A DNA stretch of 64,000 bases, taken from positions 66,030,001-66,094,000 of the forward strand of contig OZ024746.1 in the NCBI GenBank assembly GCA_964016885.1, given 5' to 3'. Positions 61,718 through 64,000 of the stretch are shown one piece after another (the stretch's first letter is position 1; every line of letters begins with the position of its first letter). The translations under genes and the position numbers were made by a program. Under the pieces are notes generated by a model that had not been told where the DNA came from, did not search any database, and saw only the letters and a program-made list of their open reading frames with translations. Origin of the DNA: Eledone cirrhosa. Its lineage: Eukaryota.

Positions 61718-64000
61718 CTATACCTCTCTGGTACTCGATTGAACTGCACAATATCAATGCAAGTGACATGAGAAATATATATATATTTCCAATGATAAAG
61801 GAGCATGTTAATAACGTAGTGTTTTGATTCGTTGAATAGCAAACCAGTTAGATAGGTTGGCTACTATACCATAATATAAATATTAATCGTAATACATCTT
61901 ATTATAGGCTAAGATGTTATATTTGTTACTCCATTCGTTAACCATTTTTCTCAATCTATATATATAAAAAAAACAATAACAAAGAACTCATTTTCACCAA
62001 AATCTATTGTTTACTTCTTACTGAATGTATTTCACGTGTTTATTATTTTTTGTCGTTATACATTCATCCTTTAAAAAAGATATATGCTGTTTTTTCTGAT
62101 CTCAGCAAATCTCCTTGTTTACATAAAACTGTGAAAACCTACCAATATTTACATGAAATAAAACTAACTCGCTGTTGAAGAAGACAGTATTTGATTCACA
62201 GAAAGAAGGAAAACGTTTTTGTATTATTGACTTCAATTTGAGCAAGCAGAAGATGTGCTTATTTATCTAATACAACGAAAAAAATATAAAAATATTTTAA
62301 TTCCCATTTTGAATAAACACACATTCTGCAACCAGTGTCAGTATTCATGTGTGTATGTGTGTCTGTTTTCATATGTAATGTGTGTTTTTATGAACGATTG
62401 CATACAAGCATGTGCATGTGTAATTGTACGCTGGAGCGTGATTGTGAGTGCGTATATGTGTGTGTATGATTATATGTGTATTAAATTCCATGTCAAGGCA
62501 GTTGCTGCCATTCACTGAAAAACACTTTCCAGTGGATTGTAATCCTTCCACTTTTACGGAGGAATTTATCGGAATGCCACACAGAATTATATATATTTAT
62601 CATTGTCATATGCACCTTTGAGTTCATCACCATGATGATGATCGACGTCGTGTATAAAGATTTGCTTCTGACTAAGCATCAAGTCACCATGCGTAGGGGA
62701 AATATTGTAGAAAGATTTGATATTACAGTATATATATAGTTGTACAAATGGAGATGAATACCGAGTTAGCGGCCTAAAAATTCAATATCACTTATTTCAC
62801 TTTTTTAGAAGTTATTCCAGTGAGGATGGAGCATAGCCCATGACCTTTCTATTAGGAGAATAATATTAAACTGTTGCCCAGTCTGAAAATAGAAAAAACT
62901 ATCCTTTTTCCAGGATATACGTCAAACATAACCCATATTCTTATTCGAATGCTTATAACTAACGCTCGTATTGATTTGGTTGTATTGTTAAAACAAGAGG
63001 TATATAATGCAACGGCAAAGAAAAACTTATGTTGCATTGATAGTCCCCGATGGCTCGATTATAGCTATTAAACTTATCAGTGAGTTAGAATTCGTAGAGC
63101 CTCGAAGAAAATGTATTATCATGTTTGTTGCAGTTCTTTCCATTCTCAATTCAAATCCTACCAAGTCAAATTTTAGAGTTTATATAATTGCCTCTTTCAG
63201 TCATTCACATTTAAGGTTTTGTTTCTAAATAAGAAATCGTTATGGTTTGTATTAAATGACAATAGCATTTGAGAGGCCGATATATAGTAAGGTTTCACTT
63301 TCTAGATATAGAGTTTTGTAGTCTGACTTAAAATTTAGCGAGGCCCAACTATTCTTCTATCCAACATCGGAGAAATGTATCTGTCACATAAAACATGAGT
63401 GAGACGAATCTCAACGCCGTATACTCGATATACAAGACATTACAGTCAATTCCCTCATATCAGAAACTACTGTTTTAAAAGGAAAACGACACGTTCAATA
63501 ATGTAGTCCCGGATATATACAAAGTACGAGATGTGCATGGGTTCGGCAACTTTGTTCACAGTTATGAGAAATCGGAGACTGGCCTGTTTCTAAATAATAA
63601 CAACAAGAACAACACAAGCCACATGAGTGGTACATTGTCTAGAATTGTGTAAAACTAGAACGAATTTTCAATTTGTTTATGAAACCAATTAATTGCAATT
63701 AAACAACTAATGACTCTGACACTATTATAAACTAATTTATTAATATCATAAACCCATGAATTAATCTCATTTATTACGTGAATAATTTATGAAACTCATT
63801 TCGATTGTTAATTTTCAATCAATATAAATATAAACCCTACCTGATACAAAATAGAATTAGTTATTAGTTCCCATCAGGGTTAATGATTTTTAAATACTAA
63901 ATATGTCAATTAATATTAGGAATTCATTTGCTTTATTGCACAGTTTCTAATAATTCATCTATAGATAATTGCATCCCATACATTTGACATAGAGTTTATT

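Overview
Eukaryotic, very AT-rich, repeat-only DNA, probably from an octopus (inferred from the SINE family and the microsatellite load). No host gene is recognisable, and nearly all long ORFs in the track are translated microsatellites. The window is dominated by Penelope-like retroelements (PLEs) inserted in (TA)n tracts. These are one intact RT plus GIY-YIG element (ORF 42273-44414) with tandem and inverted pseudo-LTRs, two decayed coding PLEs, a GIY-YIG fragment, and several non-coding PLE-end or mini elements. Reading both strands by eye gives about 17 type I hammerhead-ribozyme (HHR) motifs from several families, some decayed, including U3-A8 covariant cores and palindromic minimal stem III. 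One 528-bp non-coding HHR unit looks like a retrozyme. Six insertions share a head-to-head architecture with one long and one short 3' end in (TA)n, and several (TA)n tracts carry fold-back copies of flanking DNA. Also present: about 15 copies of a tRNA-derived SINE, two L1/Tx1-type LINE copies each flanked by (AAT)n and sharing a 3' tail with the SINE, a solo LTR and a CRE-like remnant. Coordinates are hand-counted and may be off by a few bases.
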